Shown here piece by piece: positions 36,487-51,171 of a stretch of 64,000 bases of DNA. The notes beneath the pieces were generated by a model. The model searched no databases. It worked only from the letters and a program-made list of their open reading frames with translations, and was not told where the DNA came from. The DNA is taken from positions 16,306,001-16,370,000 of the forward strand of contig OY740792.1 in NCBI GenBank assembly GCA_963514005.1, read 5' to 3'. This stretch comes from Raja brachyura. Taxonomy: Eukaryota. The position numbers and the translations under genes were made by a program. The stretch's first letter is position 1, and each line of letters begins with the position of its first letter.

Positions 36487-37992
36487 GTAAGTAATGACAT
36501 GGAGGTTGACTTTTATATTTCTTTAGCATTGAAACCACAGATTTTGTGTATATTGATTTATTTTGCTGCTCTTGAATTATGGAATTTTGCTTGGGGAATA
36601 TAAATTCAATGAATGTAGTTCTGAGAAATACAGGTATTATTTTGAATAACTGCACCAATTTTCTCTCGGCTTGTTTCCTTAGCACCAACCTCAATAAACT
36701 TCATCTCATCCAAAAGAGTGTTGTATGTGCCTTTGCACTGTCACATTGAACCTCTGGTCACGCAATCTTATCATCTTAAAATTATAATTTATTTTTTGCC
36801 TGATACAGTATATGATTGTCACAATTGAAGTTTTCGTTAAAACTATCATTATTGTGTTCACATATTTCTCTCCTCCCTAAATCTACAGTTCTTTGATAAC
36901 TCAGGCCAACTTTAATTCTGGCTTCTCATCATTAGTTTCAATTGCTTCACTATGGACAGATGTCATAGATAATTGGAGCCAATGTTTTGGATATTTCTCT
37001 CTAAACCTCTCCATATCTATAACTCCATGGAGTTTAAATCCAGTTTAGGTTATGCTTTTATGATATATGGCAGCATTAAAGATGCTCTATAAAGTGTAAG
37101 TCGGTGTTAAATGCACTCTCATCGGCAACTCTTCAAATGAGTATGTTATCAGTTTCTCAGAGTCTGGCAGGATGATGTTGGAGGGAATTTGCCTTCAACA
37201 TGATCAAGGTGAGTGCGGTGCTCATGCAAGTGCAAAACCCAGGGACATAGAGATCATTCATTGTAAAAGAAATAGACCTAATCTGTCAAAAAGAAGGGAG
37301 TGTTGAGATGTTAAGGACTTTATTGCTCTAGTAATGATGCGTATGTATGGCGAGAGATACAATTAGATTCAAATTATTTTTATCTGAACATTATGTTTGA
37401 ATTCGAACCACTGATTCTGTTCCTGAACGTTGCATGCTTTACACATTATATTCTAACTCATTTTCACATGTCAGCCAAACAAATGTGCATATTCCTTATA
37501 ATATTATAAACTATTGCTCAACAATGCCCATAAGATAAATTGTTCTGAAGCATAATTCAACTAGTACCAATTTTATTTCTGACAATTTTGTAATATCAAT
37601 GTTTCTAACAGTTAGTCTTGCAAATATTTGCATTAGAAAATGAAAAATTGCATATATACAATTACTTTAATAAAAGATAGAACATTGTGTAATAATAGCA
37701 TATGAGCACCAAAGTATTGTCATTTTAGATTGGTGGCGATTGTGCTACTAATTTTCAAGTTGTTAATATAGAATTAGATGATATGTAATAACTAATTATT
37801 TTTGAATTCTTTGAAATTGGCTTTTTCCTTTTACCACTGAAACTGAAGCAGCTTCCTCCTTCACTCTCACCTCTCCCACTTTCTCCATTACCATACCAGT
37901 TACATGTTTAACTCTGCTTAATTTCTTGTAGGTGGCAATAAATAGTTCATGTTGCATTGCCAAGTGTTCAACGCTTTTAACTTCCTTGTCAG

Positions 37993-38166
37993 ATATCACT
38001 GCAGAGAAACCTATTTTGGTCAAGGAACTTATACAAGATGAATGCCAAAGTGATAAAGGAGAGGAGGAGATGGAAGTCGATAGCGATGAGCATGATGAAG
38101 AAGGCAAAACAAAAACTGTGGGAGCTTTTGCAAATACTCTCTCCACACTAAATACACTTCGACCAG
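37993..38166 (+). CDS. PAXBP1: PAXBP1 exon 3
   Basis: Acceptor ccttgtcag|, donor CAG|gtgcga. Encodes ...GEEEMEVDSDEHDEEGK...LSTLNTLRPG. 174 nt, phase 1-1. An in-frame alternative acceptor is possible at 38005. Confidence 0.9.
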
Positions 38167-38684
38167 GTGCGAAATATATCTATAAAAATAAAAAAATTCT
38201 ACAGAATTTCACCTTGACATCTAGAATTTAAATTTCATTGCATGATATAATATATTTTGTTTTCAATTTACTTAAATTTCCCGTCACATGTTCTGTAAGC
38301 AAGCTGAATAATAACATTTTTCATCCTTGACCTTCAGAAATTTGTGTAAAGCAACACCAAACTCTTTATTTGGAATTAAATGTATTTTCTTATTTGTTTA
38401 GGCCTTTAACTGGATTTCAAAGACTTGTATATTTTACTGAATGTTATATTTTTATATTAACTATATTAGTTCAGTATAAATTAAAATCATCAACTTTATT
38501 GGAGCCAAATTCCTATTCTTATTCTTCTATTAAGCTATTTATATTGCTGAATTTAAATTATCGTTTTTATCAGAAACTCTGCTTAGTATGACTTCCCAGC
38601 ATGGAAGCACAACCTTTTTGTTAACAAACTAACTGCGATTTCCTATGCATTTATGTGATTAGCTGACTTTGGGGTTTCTTTTAG

Positions 38685-38900
38685 GAGAAATTCCAGATGC
38701 TGCTTTTATTCATGCTGCTCGCAAGAGGAGGCAAATGGCTCGTGAGCTTGGAGATTGTCCAGCTGTAGAAATTGAGACCAGCACAAACCGACTTGTACGC
38801 GAGGATGAGAATGATGCCAGTGATGATGATGATGAAAAACGCAGGATAGTTTTCTCGGTAAAGGAGAAGACACAAAGACAAAAGATTGCGGAAGAAATAG
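38685..38900 (+). CDS. PAXBP1: PAXBP1 exon 4
   Basis: Acceptor ttttag|, donor TAG|gttggt. Encodes GEIPDAAFIHAARKRRQMARELGD...KEKTQRQKIAEEIG. 216 nt. Confidence 0.96.
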
Positions 38901-39541
38901 GTTGGTACTTGATGATAATAATACACAATGTGATAATTTGGGATTGTACAGTTAAAGTTAACCATGTAATGTCAACTCTGTTCATTATACTTACACCAAA
39001 CATTCTTATTCCTCAGCGAGGGGGATTTGAGATCTGTAAACAGGATCAATAACTATATAGGACCTTTAGTAATCATATTGAAGCATCTTTGTCCCACTGA
39101 GTCTGCATCAGGAAATGTAACAGGAATAGTTAATTCTATAATAATTCATGTGCAGAAAGTAAAATCAAGCAATAGGAAAATCCCAGTTATATGCTGCAGC
39201 ACAGATGGCCACTGTGTGGGGGAGTTGCATTCGAGACAACAGCCTGTATCATGATTTTCCATCATGCGAAACTGCGTAATCTGCGCTAGCGTCAATATAT
39301 GCTAGTTGGAAAAAAAAAATAAAGCAAATCCCGTGAGAGCAAATGTTATTCACATCTCAAATTCTTGCAGTGATTTGTGAACTCTCTATGGGAAACCTAT
39401 TTTGCTAGAATAATCATTAAGAAAGGAGTCGCCTCTATTGCAATATGTTACAGTAGTAATATCACTTAATTGTTTTAATCATTTCAATTCAGCAAACAGC
39501 AGGAGTTATAATCTAGTGGTCTTCTCTTGTTTCTGTAACAG

Positions 39542-39645
39542 GAATTGAAGGAAGTGATGATGAAGCACTTGACACAACAGATCAAGATGAAGAATTAAAG
39601 ATGTGGGAACAGGAGCAAATCAGGAAAGGAATTAGTGTCCCTCAG
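39542..39645 (+). CDS. PAXBP1: PAXBP1 exon 5
   Basis: Acceptor gtaacag|, donor CAG|gtaacc. Encodes IEGSDDEALDTTDQDEELKMWEQEQIRKGISVPQ. 104 nt, phase 1-0. Confidence 0.96.
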
Positions 39646-39719
39646 GTAACCTCTTGCAGTATATAGCCTGGGTTGACCAGTAGCAGGAAATAATTCAGAT
39701 GTTTTTTAGTTTTCCTTTG

Positions 39720-39969
39720 TTTAGACTTTAGGGATGGAAATAGGTCCTTTGGTCCACGCCGACCAGTAATCACCCGTGCACTAGCACTATTCTACACACT
39801 AGGGAGAGTTTACAGAAGCCAATAAACCTGTAGGTCTTTGGAGTGGGAGGAAACTGGAGCACCGGGAGATAACCCTTGTGATCACAGGGAGAACGTACAG
39901 ACAGCGCATATAGTCAGGATCTAACCCGGGTCTCTGGCGCTGTAAGGCAGCAACTCTGCCACTGTGCCG
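39720..39969 (-). mobile_element. HE1-like V-SINE (intron 5)
   Basis: Reverse-complement copy of the SINE family. Confidence 0.75.
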
Positions 39970-40365
39970 TCTGTGATTTTGTGTAATTTTCTGAAGATTT
40001 ATTGTAAAATAAACTTTAATGACATTTAAGTCATGTAGTTGTCACCGACAAAATATTGCAATCATAGATAATTTCTTAAAATATCTGTTCACCTTTAATG
40101 GTACACATAATGGAAAATATTTTTTTTACATCCTTAAACTTGTAGTATTTTGGCGAAAGTTTTTTCACTCAAGGCATGTGTACCTGTTAATGTTTAGTAC
40201 ATATGAAAAAAATCTTGGCAAAGAAAGGCACGTATGCATGTCTATGGTGTATGTATGAAACATATATATATTATTTTGCTGCCTTATTTCGATAATAGAT
40301 CCTGAACGATATTTATTCAACTTTGTGTGAATGCACAATAAATATTACTGTATCTTTTCAAATAG

Positions 40366-40586
40366 GTGCAAAGCAGCCATCCTACTGATTCAACTAACAT
40401 TTACTACCAGAACAGCTACCAGTCTATTCCATATGGTTCTTCATACAGTCTTCCTTACGCGTACAACACCTATGGAGCAACAGAACCCAAATCTATCAAG
40501 ACAGATAATGCTATTCCTTTCAAACCTTCCATTAATGAGATGCCTCCTGTTACTATTGATTTGGTAAAGAAACGCCTTAAAGACAG
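40366..40586 (+). CDS. PAXBP1: PAXBP1 exon 6
   Basis: Acceptor aaatag|, donor CAG|gtaggg. Encodes VQSSHPTDSTNIYYQNSYQSIPYGSSY...TIDLVKKRLKDR. 221 nt, phase 0-2. Confidence 0.95.
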
Positions 40587-41635
40587 GTAGGGCAGACCAG
40601 CTCTCTCAAACAGGCTTCTGAGACCTGTGCTGTAGCTTTCTATCCTTCAGGCACAAATAAGCCTGGTGAAGAAGTGACAGAATTGTGTCGTGGGACATTT
40701 ACTAAACAGCACACATTCTACATAAGAAGACATCAGCCAGTACTCGATGTCGTCTTGGAACACGACATCGGTTATGACTGTATGACTACAGTCGTTGTGT
40801 TTTAAGAATGCAATATCATATTTGCACTTCTGAAACTGTACCCACTAACTTTAAAAGAGTTGGATCTTAGAGATCTGTGCAAGTGTGACATAAGGCAAGA
40901 TTTAATTGACTGAAAATGTATTACCTCTTTATACTGTAAAGTACAAGTTTATTTGACCAACTATGTTGAATTTGATAGAAAGATTGTTTATTTCAGACTG
41001 CAGCTACCTCATTGCTGATAAATTAAAAGGGTTGCTTAAATTTATCCAATAGGCCCAATAAAAGGGAAAATAGATTTTTTTAAATGTAGAGGTAATGTTT
41101 GAACATCTTACCTCTTTGCAGCTGCAGTCTTACAATAGATGTTGCTAAGTTTGGTGTTGGGAGGTTTTATACTAGTAGAGGAGAATGTCAGATGAGGCTA
41201 AAATCTGTAAACAAAGAGAATACAGCTACAGTTCATTTGAACTCCTAACAGAAAGGTGAAAGAGGGAGACATGAGAAACAACATATGCTGGAACCTTGAG
41301 CAAAACGGTGTTGGAGTAACTCAGTGGTTCAGGCAGCATCTGTGGAGGGTACAGGAAAAGGGGGAGGCAGACAATTTAAAAACAACAAACTGCCAGTGCA
41401 ATTTAGAATCAATAACAGTATAGTTTTGTTTTAGATGTTTTTAACCAAATGAACCCACATAGATTATTGTGTAAACTTTATTTAATGCTGAATGAGCCAA
41501 GAATTATAATCCAGAATATACAGTCAGTGGCAAGTCCCTCATGCTCACCGCTGAGTGGCAAGTCCCTCATGCTCACCTTGCATGTTTCTCCTGACAGGAA
41601 GTTGCTCCAGGAACCACACCTAATTCTCAGCACTA

Positions 41636-41779
41636 AAGGGCCTGTCCCACTTGGGCGTCATTTGCGCGTCACGCAGGTGGCGTTGCCTCAACATGCGCAC
41701 GGCATGCGCGCATCATGACCCGTGCGTTGTGACGCGTAAATGATGTCTCGTAAATGACGCCCAAGTGGGACAGGCCCTT
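41636..41779. mobile_element. Harbinger/PIF-type MITE (about 144 bp, intron 6)
   Basis: Perfect 28-bp TIR aagggcctgtcccacttgggcgtcattt / aaatgacgcccaagtgggacaggccctt. Confidence 0.85.
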
Positions 41780-43022
41780 GAGGCTATCTACTGACAGGTT
41801 TGGACACTCAAAGCTGAAAAAAAACTATAAACCTGATATTCAAGAATGCTGACCAATTATAACATTATTTAAAGCTTTTTATTCAATAAAAAAAATACTT
41901 AAGCATTGAAATAACCTCAAACAGATAATTACATCTAAATATACTGGTGCTATTGATTTCTAGGGCTGTTACTCCTCTTTGAAATGAATACATAAAAACT
42001 TGCACCAACAGAAGGATTCTTCTCTGTGGGTGACATTGAATCTCTGCAACTTGTTGCTTCTGTGCGAGACTCTTAACAAATCAAAAAAGAAAGCACAGTC
42101 AAGAAAATGATTGCTAATAGTTTTCATTGCCTTGAGAATAATATGAAAATACTGAAATTTTGATCAATCCAGGCATAATTTTTTTCGAGTCATTCGAAAA
42201 AGATAATCTGGACTGTAACTGATTTCACAATTGGGCCATTTAAACAAATTATTACTCTATAATTTCATCCTAGCATTTACTTGAATCAGCTTGGCTTCTT
42301 GTAATTTGATTATTTCCTTAATCCTCTGTGCATCTCTTACATCATGCCCAGGAGTACTTTTGGGACAGTTTCTAATGCTGAATTAAAAACAAACAGAGAA
42401 GCATGGGGAGATTAATCATACTTAAAGTACATCAATCTATAATTAGTTAATGTTTTTTGAAGGTGTGATTGAACATAGATTGAGAAGCACAGCTGTTTCT
42501 GCACTTCCACATAGCAGTCTCCTCCCAGACTCTGTCCGTGTCTGCACTTGGGCTTGATACCAAATAAAATATAAATCATTGCAGTATTAAGTCATATTTT
42601 ATAAGTGCAATTGTCATTTGGACCTCAAAGCTTTTATAAACTAAGGTAAACGTTTCCTTTTGTTGAATTAGGATATAGATGCCTTGCTCTCAAATGATAA
42701 AAATGTACAGAAACTAGAACTCCTCAAACATGTGCAAAGAATTATGTGAATTACACTTTTGGAATCTGGACAGTTGTATGATAGCTCAGGGTTTGCTGGT
42801 TATGAATTCACTTTTCCAGCTAGTTTCCAAATCAGGAGCATGTAGATATATTTGTTAATATAAATCTTGGTTTAAGCTGCAATAATGGTATGTTATTGTG
42901 GATATGTAATGAAAATTGGTGGAGGTTGAAATTTTTATTTTTGATTGTGGTAAATACAATATTCCTAATTGTATTTAAAATCAATGCTTAAAATAACTTT
43001 CATGGATTACTGTTGTTGTTAG

Positions 43023-43209
43023 GTTGGACTCAATGAAAGAAGTGCACAAAACCAATCAGCATCGACTGGATACACTTCATGAAGATCTGGAAAACTCCTC
43101 TAAGACAATAGACAGACTTGAAGGCATCACCGATGATAGTGGGCGGTACAGATTCTTTCAAGAAATGCGAGGGTATGTCCGAGACTTGCTTGAGTGTTTC
43201 AACGAAAAG
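43023..43209 (+). CDS. PAXBP1: PAXBP1 exon 7
   Basis: Acceptor gttgttag|, donor AAG|gtaagt. Encodes LDSMKEVHK...RYRFFQEMRGYVRDLLECFNEK. 187 nt, phase 2-0. Confidence 0.96.
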
Positions 43210-46200
43210 GTAAGTTGAAGTAATTGTTAATGGGCTTCCTGCTTGTAAGTAAAACAAAATAATGTGCTATGTATTAAGGGTCCTCACCACAGATCCTACT
43301 GTACTGGTGCAGTAAACTGATGGCTGGCTGTGTTTCCAATCTCTTGATTTGTGTAATTGACTTTCCAGCTGCCATTCACCAGACTCAACTCAATTAATGT
43401 GAATACTATGCATTTCAATATAATCATGTTTTAGAAAAATAACAAGGTAGGTGTTGATCTTAGTTGATTATTTTAAAGCCAGTGGCAGAATCAAATGGAG
43501 CACCTAGAGTAATTCCCTGTATTAGGTTAAAAAAAAACTCATGGGAGTCATCATTTCACTAATTATCCTGAATTTTTTGAAAGTGTATGTTCACTTTAGG
43601 TGTATAACTATTTCACCGTGGTTTAAAAGTAGCCAGTGTTTTCCATTTGCAAAAGTAACATATTTGACCAAGAATTAACATACAATATTAAAATCATCCC
43701 TTTATCTGTTATACAAACTTATTTTCTACAGCTTGAGAAAACAGCAGCCAAAGGGTTTCCATATAATATGTATCCCATATAATGGTAGAGTATAATGATA
43801 CAAATCAATAATTGCAGATAGGAGGTTCTTATGCGTGTAACCTAATATTGATGATTAAGTTGATTTGTTTCTCAGCAAATCACTTTTTCTACAACATAAA
43901 GGTGTTGATGCTTAGTGAACTTGTACATGTACTTGTACATATACTTGGATTGTAACTGTGGTGAAGATGCACTTGGAAACCAATTCTTCTAAAAGAGGTA
44001 ATTGTGTTGTAGTTGATCGACAGCTGTAGCTTCCGTCAGCCAACTTGGGGAAATAAGTGAATGGCTTGAAATTTATTATGCCAATTTGATGAGAATAGAA
44101 GAGGTGAAAACAACAGGAAAATGAAACTAATAGGCATCCTCTCTAAAAAATAATTACTTAAATGGAGAAGCGAATAACTACATGTCAATGTTCAATAAAA
44201 AGGCTTTATAGGCATAGCCAGCAATGTATTCAGCTTTGTCGAGGTTAGTTTGTCATTTTCTTGAGAAATATAATTTCTAAGAGTGTGAAATAATAATAAC
44301 TTAAATATGATAACAAACATCTTTGTTTCCAGTCATTATTGATTGTTCCATAGCAGCGCGTGTTGTACAGCACCAGATCTTTTAAGACCAACCACAAAAG
44401 TTTAAGTTACATATTTTTATCATTCGGTAGTTCTGTGTTGTCGGGGTGTGTTGCGATTCTCCACATAAAATCTTGGGGGAAACAGAATTGGTTGACAAAT
44501 TTAGCTCTGCTTTTCAGATTTTAAATGTGTTGGGGGAGCATCTTGAGTACTAGTTAATTCCTCCAAAGTTACATATAAATTGCAGAATTCGACGTACAGA
44601 GAATTTACTGGCACTTTACTAGATTCTAGAAATCTTAATGAACTATGAGTTGTTTTTATTGTTTTAAGTAATCATTCGCTACTTTTGGATTTAGAATCAG
44701 ATAGAGATCCACATCATGTGATGGCAAAAATACCTTGGGTGGAAATATTGCTATTTGTCAGTACTGTGGTGAGAACTCTCAATACATTTGTTGGAAGAAG
44801 TGAACTGTGAAGATGTACAAATGGTATAGCAATCAGAATTTAATGTATCCTGACCCCATTGTTTTTGTCTTTGTTTGCACCTGACATTGCTAAAGGTGTA
44901 TAAATTCCAGAAAAAATACTAGAGATCAGAATAACAGTAGTTTTGTTTTAACTTTATACCCTAAACAAATCTGTTTGAGTTTTGTCTTTAACTTTCTCTA
45001 TTACTTGTCAAGCATTTGTGTTAATAGTCGTTTATCACTTTTAGCCTGTTTGCCGATTTTCAAACTGGAAACGTTTAACTTCATTAAGTGAAATTTTAAT
45101 TTAATTTAGTATCGTTAATTTTGAAGTTTGATTCATTCTTTGGATGTAGTTAACTATTCATCACTATATTTATGATATAAAATATATTTGAGAACGTATA
45201 ATGACTTCTTTAGTTAGCAGAATCTCAATGTTTCTCACTCCGGTTTCTCATCTTATCTCTCAGCCACGTGTTACTCCAGGAACATCTCTATGCTTACTCA
45301 CTTTCTTCCTCAGTGTATAGTTCCGTTCTCTATTTCCCATGTTTTGTAACATGTCTTGAATTTCTCTGTAAAGCAAACCTGTCTCGTGCAGTAAAATAGT
45401 TGGGAAAATGATGCTTGGCAGAAACTAGCAATTTCAAATTGTTGAGTACTAGATTTCATTGTTGAATCTTAGTCATCAAGTCCGGGTCTAAACAGCCATT
45501 CACCCATCGTACCCATGCCTGCCATCAAATATCCATCCTTATACCATTTACCAGCAATTGGTCCTTGGCCTTGTACGCATAGGCAACTCAAATGCCCGTC
45601 TAAGCACTAAAAATGCTTGCGACAATACCTGCATCCACCACCACTAGGGCAGTGTGCTCCAGGTGCTAACCACCATTTGGTTGAAAGAGTTCTTCATTAG
45701 ATCCTCTCTAAACCTCTTCTCCCTTACCAAACCCTTTAGATACTTTTACAGTGGTGAAATGGTTTCTACCAGCTTCACTATTTAAATTTCCCCCTCTACT
45801 TCATCTGTCCTAAAGAAGTCAAGCCCAGTCAATCCATTTTCTCCTCGTAACTGAAATGCTGCATCCCAAGTAACTTGGTAAATCCTCTTCAGATCTTTAA
45901 GTAGACAAGTGATTGGTCTAATCTGGATGGGTTTTTTATTTGCACTTAATCCATGTAAAAATAAAAGTTAATTTAGGGATAAACATTTCCCAGCATAAAT
46001 TCCACAACTTATTTTCAATTAGAGAATGGAATGCACAGTCTAGGCAAAAAAATGGAACCCCATTTGTCTTGGATAAATACTAAAGATCCAATGTTTATTT
46101 CTCACTAGTATCATTAAAACAGATTATCTAGTCATGTATGTCAGAGCCGTTCAAGGAGACATTGACTACTGCAGAACAGAATTATTTACCTCAAAGTTGC

Positions 46201-47639
46201 TGTCAGTAGTACAAATTTTTTTTTTCTTTAATGGGTTGCAGAGACTCTAAAGTTGATGTATTGAGATAATGCAGCTGAATGATTCCTTATGATTCACTGA
46301 AATCAATTTCATTTCACTTTTTCTTTCCACTGCCACAGTTTAAAAAAAACCTAAATACTTGCCATATTTTACTTCTATCATATTTTAGTGGTGCCCATCT
46401 CTTACTGAGATGGCATTTCAAACTTGAATATCAATGTCCAGCTATTTCATTTTTTCCATGTAATCTAAGAAATGCCATTTTGAGAAAGCAGAATATCAGC
46501 AAAATTAAAGTCAGCTTGACCTGCTGGTGTGATATATTGCTTATTAAGAGTGTTATACAGATGCTAAATTGTAAGTAAGGGAAAATTACATTGTTACTAG
46601 AGAAAATAAATGAATAAGTTATGTACTAGTTCAAAATGTAGCCATGCATGCTTTAGAGGAAGCTTTAATGGCTAAAACATGATAACTAAATTGAGTCCTT
46701 AAGAAATAGAGTTGTAGAGCTGTAGACTGTTTTAGAAATGGAACACTACTGATTGAAGCTCACATTAATCATTGTAGAGGGATGCAAACATGTTAAAGCG
46801 TTATGAATGAGTTGGCGAGGTAAAAGGCAAGTTGTTGCAAGGTTACAAAATAATTGCAAGTTTAGATTTGATTCAAATGAAAATTATTTTTAAGGTTTCA
46901 TGTTAGTTCCAGTTCTTCTAGAAGTTTGAATCTATCTATGTAATGGCCCTGACTAATTTGGTGCAGTGTTGTATTCTACAAGTCAAGTCAAGTAAGTTTT
47001 ATTCGTCACGTGCACATAAAGTGCAATGAAATGAATTTGCCAGCAGCGATACAATGAAAAAAAGAACACACAATGCACAATAAAACATTTAACACAAACA
47101 TCCACCACAGTATTCATCACTGTGGTGAAAGGCACAAAGTTTGGTCAGTCCTCTTCCATTTTCCCCCGTGGTGGGTGGGGGACTTAAAACGACTTGAAGA
47201 CTAATTTTAAGGGATTATGTGAAACGTTACTTACAATCTTGGCTGACAAGCTGGGAGGCCAATTCTGATGGTGAAATGGCCCCATAGTTTGTAAATGTGT
47301 CCCTTGTATGTATGATAAGCCTTAGCTACTGAATTAAATATTGAGCATCCATTCAATCTTGACAGCTGATATTATTAGTAACATCATTTCAAAAGTAATT
47401 CTGGCTAGAATTCAGAATTTCTTAAGAATAAAGCATCTTTGGCTCCATGAAACTTTCAGGTAACATGTTATGGCAACAACATAAAATAGTGATGACTGAT
47501 TTTTGAGGTACCTAGTAAATTAAAAAATAAGATTTTGGAGATATTGAAATTTATGTATGAAATCATTGGCTGGAGAGAAAATATGCCCATGGACAAGGGA
47601 AATGCTTAACTCGCTCATCTTGTACATTCATGAACAAAA

Positions 47640-48345
47640 CAGTTGGGTCCCTGTCACACGGGAAGCCTGGTCCCCCAAAGTAACCCATTCCCCCAACGCA
47701 ATATTCCACCACTCACCCATAGCCCCCAACTGCACAGGTGTGGCACACCCTCCCCTCCTCTTCACCCTCCCTCTTCTTTCCCCTCTCCTCCCCTCCCCAC
47801 TCCCTCCCTCTCCTTTCCCCTACCCTCAGTCACTCCCTCCCTCTCCTTTCCCTTACCCTCAGTTTCTCCCTCCCTCTTTCCATAACCCCTCTCCCTCTAT
47901 CTGTTTAAATAACATTAAACAACAATCCTCTCCTCGTCACCTCCCCCACTCCCTCCCTCTCCATACAACAATGTAACAAATCTCTCTGGACTGGCAGTCC
48001 TGTCTTTGTTAAAATTGTAACAGTGGAACAGTTCTGCTGGGCAGTTTATGTAAATTAAATCCCATTGTGATGTCATAGCTGTAACTGCCACTGCAACTTC
48101 AAATGATTTTTCTCAAACTGGTTTTTGTAAAGTGAAAATGTGAATAACGTGCAAAATATACCATCAATCTGAACGAAACTTGATACACCACACCACAGGA
48201 CAATGGTGAGTAAGGTGGTCCAAACAATTGTGGCGCTATCATGTACCATTTTGGCATTATTCAGGGCATGACATGACAGACAGACACGCATATGCACACA
48301 CACAGACATCCACACAGACATCATTGTTTTTTACAAATACATATC
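47640..48345 (-). mobile_element. Helitron relic (3' end eroded)
   Basis: Shares gttgggtc, ccccaacgca, tagcccc, cccattgtgatgtca and the CA-rich tract with 16094-16848. Confidence 0.55.
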
Positions 48346-50489
48346 AAATGTAACCTTTTTTAAATCTCTTGGAATTGTTATTTTCAATGTACTTCACGGT
48401 GTTGCAGTGCTGCTACTAAATCATGCTGCTAAATGTACTTAAATTTAAGTTTTTCACCGATAAGAATGAAACTGATTTATCGTACAATATTTCAGTGATA
48501 CTAACGTTAAAAAACTCTGTTTATCCCGTAGGAGTCTCTATAAATGTAATGCTCTAATCGTGGATTTATATTTTTAGTCTAAATGTCTTCTGCAGGGCAG
48601 GGAGCCTTTCTTCATAGAACTGTCCGTCCACAGTTATAGCAGTAGGATTAGTGCAGTACTTTTTACCCTTAAGACCATATGATATGGGATGAATTTGTTG
48701 TGGCCTGCATCTCTCAAGATATTTTATATTAAAATTGAAGTCAAATCGGTGGTCAGGGTGGAAGCTATCTCAATATAGCCACATAGTTGGTGAGACTTGC
48801 ATTTACAGCCTGTGTATTTTGAGGACTCTGTGATTGAAAATTTGAAATGCCATGCTGGAATATCCAAATTTCATGTCTGAATGATCTTGAAACACTACAC
48901 ATTGGATAAGTGTAAATTTTTGTAGCTAGTCACAAAGTGCTGGAATGGGTCAGGCAGCATCTATGGAGAACATGGAGGGTTGACATTTTAGGTCAGTCTG
49001 AAGAAGTGTCCCCACCCAAGACTTCACCTATCCTTTTTCTCCAGAGATGCTGCCTGCAGAGTTACTCCAGCACAGTGTGTCTATATATTTGGTAGAAACC
49101 AGCATCTGCGGGTCTTTGTTTCTTCTTAAAATTTCTCATGTTGGCTTGTTAGCAGACTTTTTGGTTGAGTACAGCAATTAATTGTGTCACGAAAACATGA
49201 ACAGTAATCAATCATTCAGTACTCTGTCAGCAGGTTGCCTACTCAAATCAGTCTACAAAACTCTATTTGTTCTAATTGCAGCCTGACTGCCTTTCACCGT
49301 TAGGTGGAAATCTGATTGGACGAGAAGCAGGTTTCCTAATTTTTATACATCACAATTATTTTATAGTGATAAGGGGAGGAGGGATAAAATATTTACAGAG
49401 CTTTCAACAATTTCAATTTGTTTATATCTAATGAGGGTTTTCTTTTCAGCTTTGAGTATTTGCAGTTTATATTTCAAAAAATGGCAAAGATCTTCAAATA
49501 ACTAAATAAAAATTTGATGGGAATTTATAAGACCCCCATCAGTATTTGAAATGGGGAAAAAAATGTTAAATTATTTGTTAAATTATTTATTAGATCAAAT
49601 TATTTATACAGATAAACCTATCACTGCTGTAACTGTTTAAACATTGATATAAACTCTTCAATGTGTTCAAGCTTCCCAAGGCAAGTCAAACTATTAGACC
49701 CATGGAGTCATACAGCATGGATATGGGTCCTTTGCCCAACTCGTTTATGCCAACCAAGATGCCCCATCTCCTATTTGCCCCAGTTGAGCCCATACCCCTC
49801 ATTCTTTCCTATCCATGTACCTATACAAATATCTTTAAAGGTTGTTGTTGCATATACCTCAACTATTTCATCTGGCTGCTCGTTCCATGTACCCACCACC
49901 CTCTGTGTGAAAAAAAGCAATCTCGTGTTCCTTTTTTGCCCTCTTGATTTGTTCCTTAAGAATGCCTCTCAATCCCATATATTCTTCCAGGAATACTCTG
50001 ATGCCAGCTGCTTATTCCTGACTCATGCCTCCTCCTTCATGACTGCGGCCTCAATTTCTCATGTCAACGAGTGCTCCCTAATCTTATTGGTCTTGCCCTT
50101 CATTTTAACATGCATAATCCAGCAATCGCTGCCCTTGAGGTACTGGTTTTTAACCTTTACCTAACACCCTATATTGACTGCAAGACCTCATCCCCTTTCC
50201 TACCTATGTAATTTGTGCCAATGTGCACAGTGACTTCTGGCTGCTCACCCTCCTCCTTGAGAATGTTCTGCAGCTGTTCTGGGGCATCCTGAACCTTGGC
50301 ACCAGGAAGGCAACATGTTGTCCTAAAAAAGGAAGAGGACACTTAACCAGGATCCAGTATAGTCCATAAAGCGCATTAGTGGTGGCTGAACAGAGCTAGG
50401 TACAGGGTTTTGGATCAGCTGCCCTTTATGCTCAGCATAAAGCAGTAGATCACAGGAATAGGTCCACGATGTCTGCCGAGTGTGATGCC

Positions 50490-51100
50490 AAATCAAATGA
50501 ATTCCTTTTGGCTGCACGTGATCTATATCCCTCTTTTCCCTGCATACTAATGCCTCTGTCAAAAAAACTCTTATATCCCTTTTATATTGTATCTGCTTCC
50601 ATCACCACTCCTGGCAGCACGTTCCAAGGACTACCACTACCCTTGCAAAAATCTGCCCTGCACATCGCCTTTAAATAATCTCCCTTTACTTTAGAGCTAT
50701 GGCCTCTATATTTGACATTTCCATCTCGTGGGGTGGGGTGGGGTGGGGGGGGGGGGGGGGGGGGGGAGATTTGATTTTCTGCCCTCCCCTGATTTTTATA
50801 ATCTATTGGGTTTCCTCCCAGTCCCTGATAGTCCAGAGAAAACAATCCAAGTTTGTCCAACCTCTCCAATAGCTAATACCCTCAAATCGAGGTAGCATCC
50901 TGATAAACCTCTCCTGCACCCTCTTCAAAGCCTCCGCATCCTTTCCGTAATGGGGCAACCAGATTTGCATACAATGCTTCAAATGCAGCCCACTAAAGTT
51001 TTTGAAAGTTACAAAATGACCTTACTCTGATACTCAATGCCCTGATCAATGAAGGTAAGTACACCATATGCTGCCTTTACCAGTCTATCTACTGTATTGC
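50490..51100 (-). mobile_element. CR1-clade LINE 3' fragment
   Basis: Minus-strand ERLDKLGLFSL...LGG and PWNVLPGVVMEADTI. Confidence 0.7.
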
Positions 51101-51171
51101 TACTATGGCAGAATGAGAGAATTTGGAAGGAGTACTTTGCTATTGTTTAGCAATAAGGCGATTGGTCAGAT

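Noticed and set aside
41526-41577. Tandem duplication agtggcaagtccctcatgctcacc x2
   Set aside because: Simple local duplication with no further structure.
49661-50164. 167-aa ORF in intron 7
   Set aside because: Overlaps antisense LINE fragments; no phase-compatible role in PAXBP1.
50728-50766. G-run / G-quadruplex candidate (also poly-C at 12758-12801)
   Set aside because: Homopolymer expansions inside retroelement remnants; nothing indicates function.
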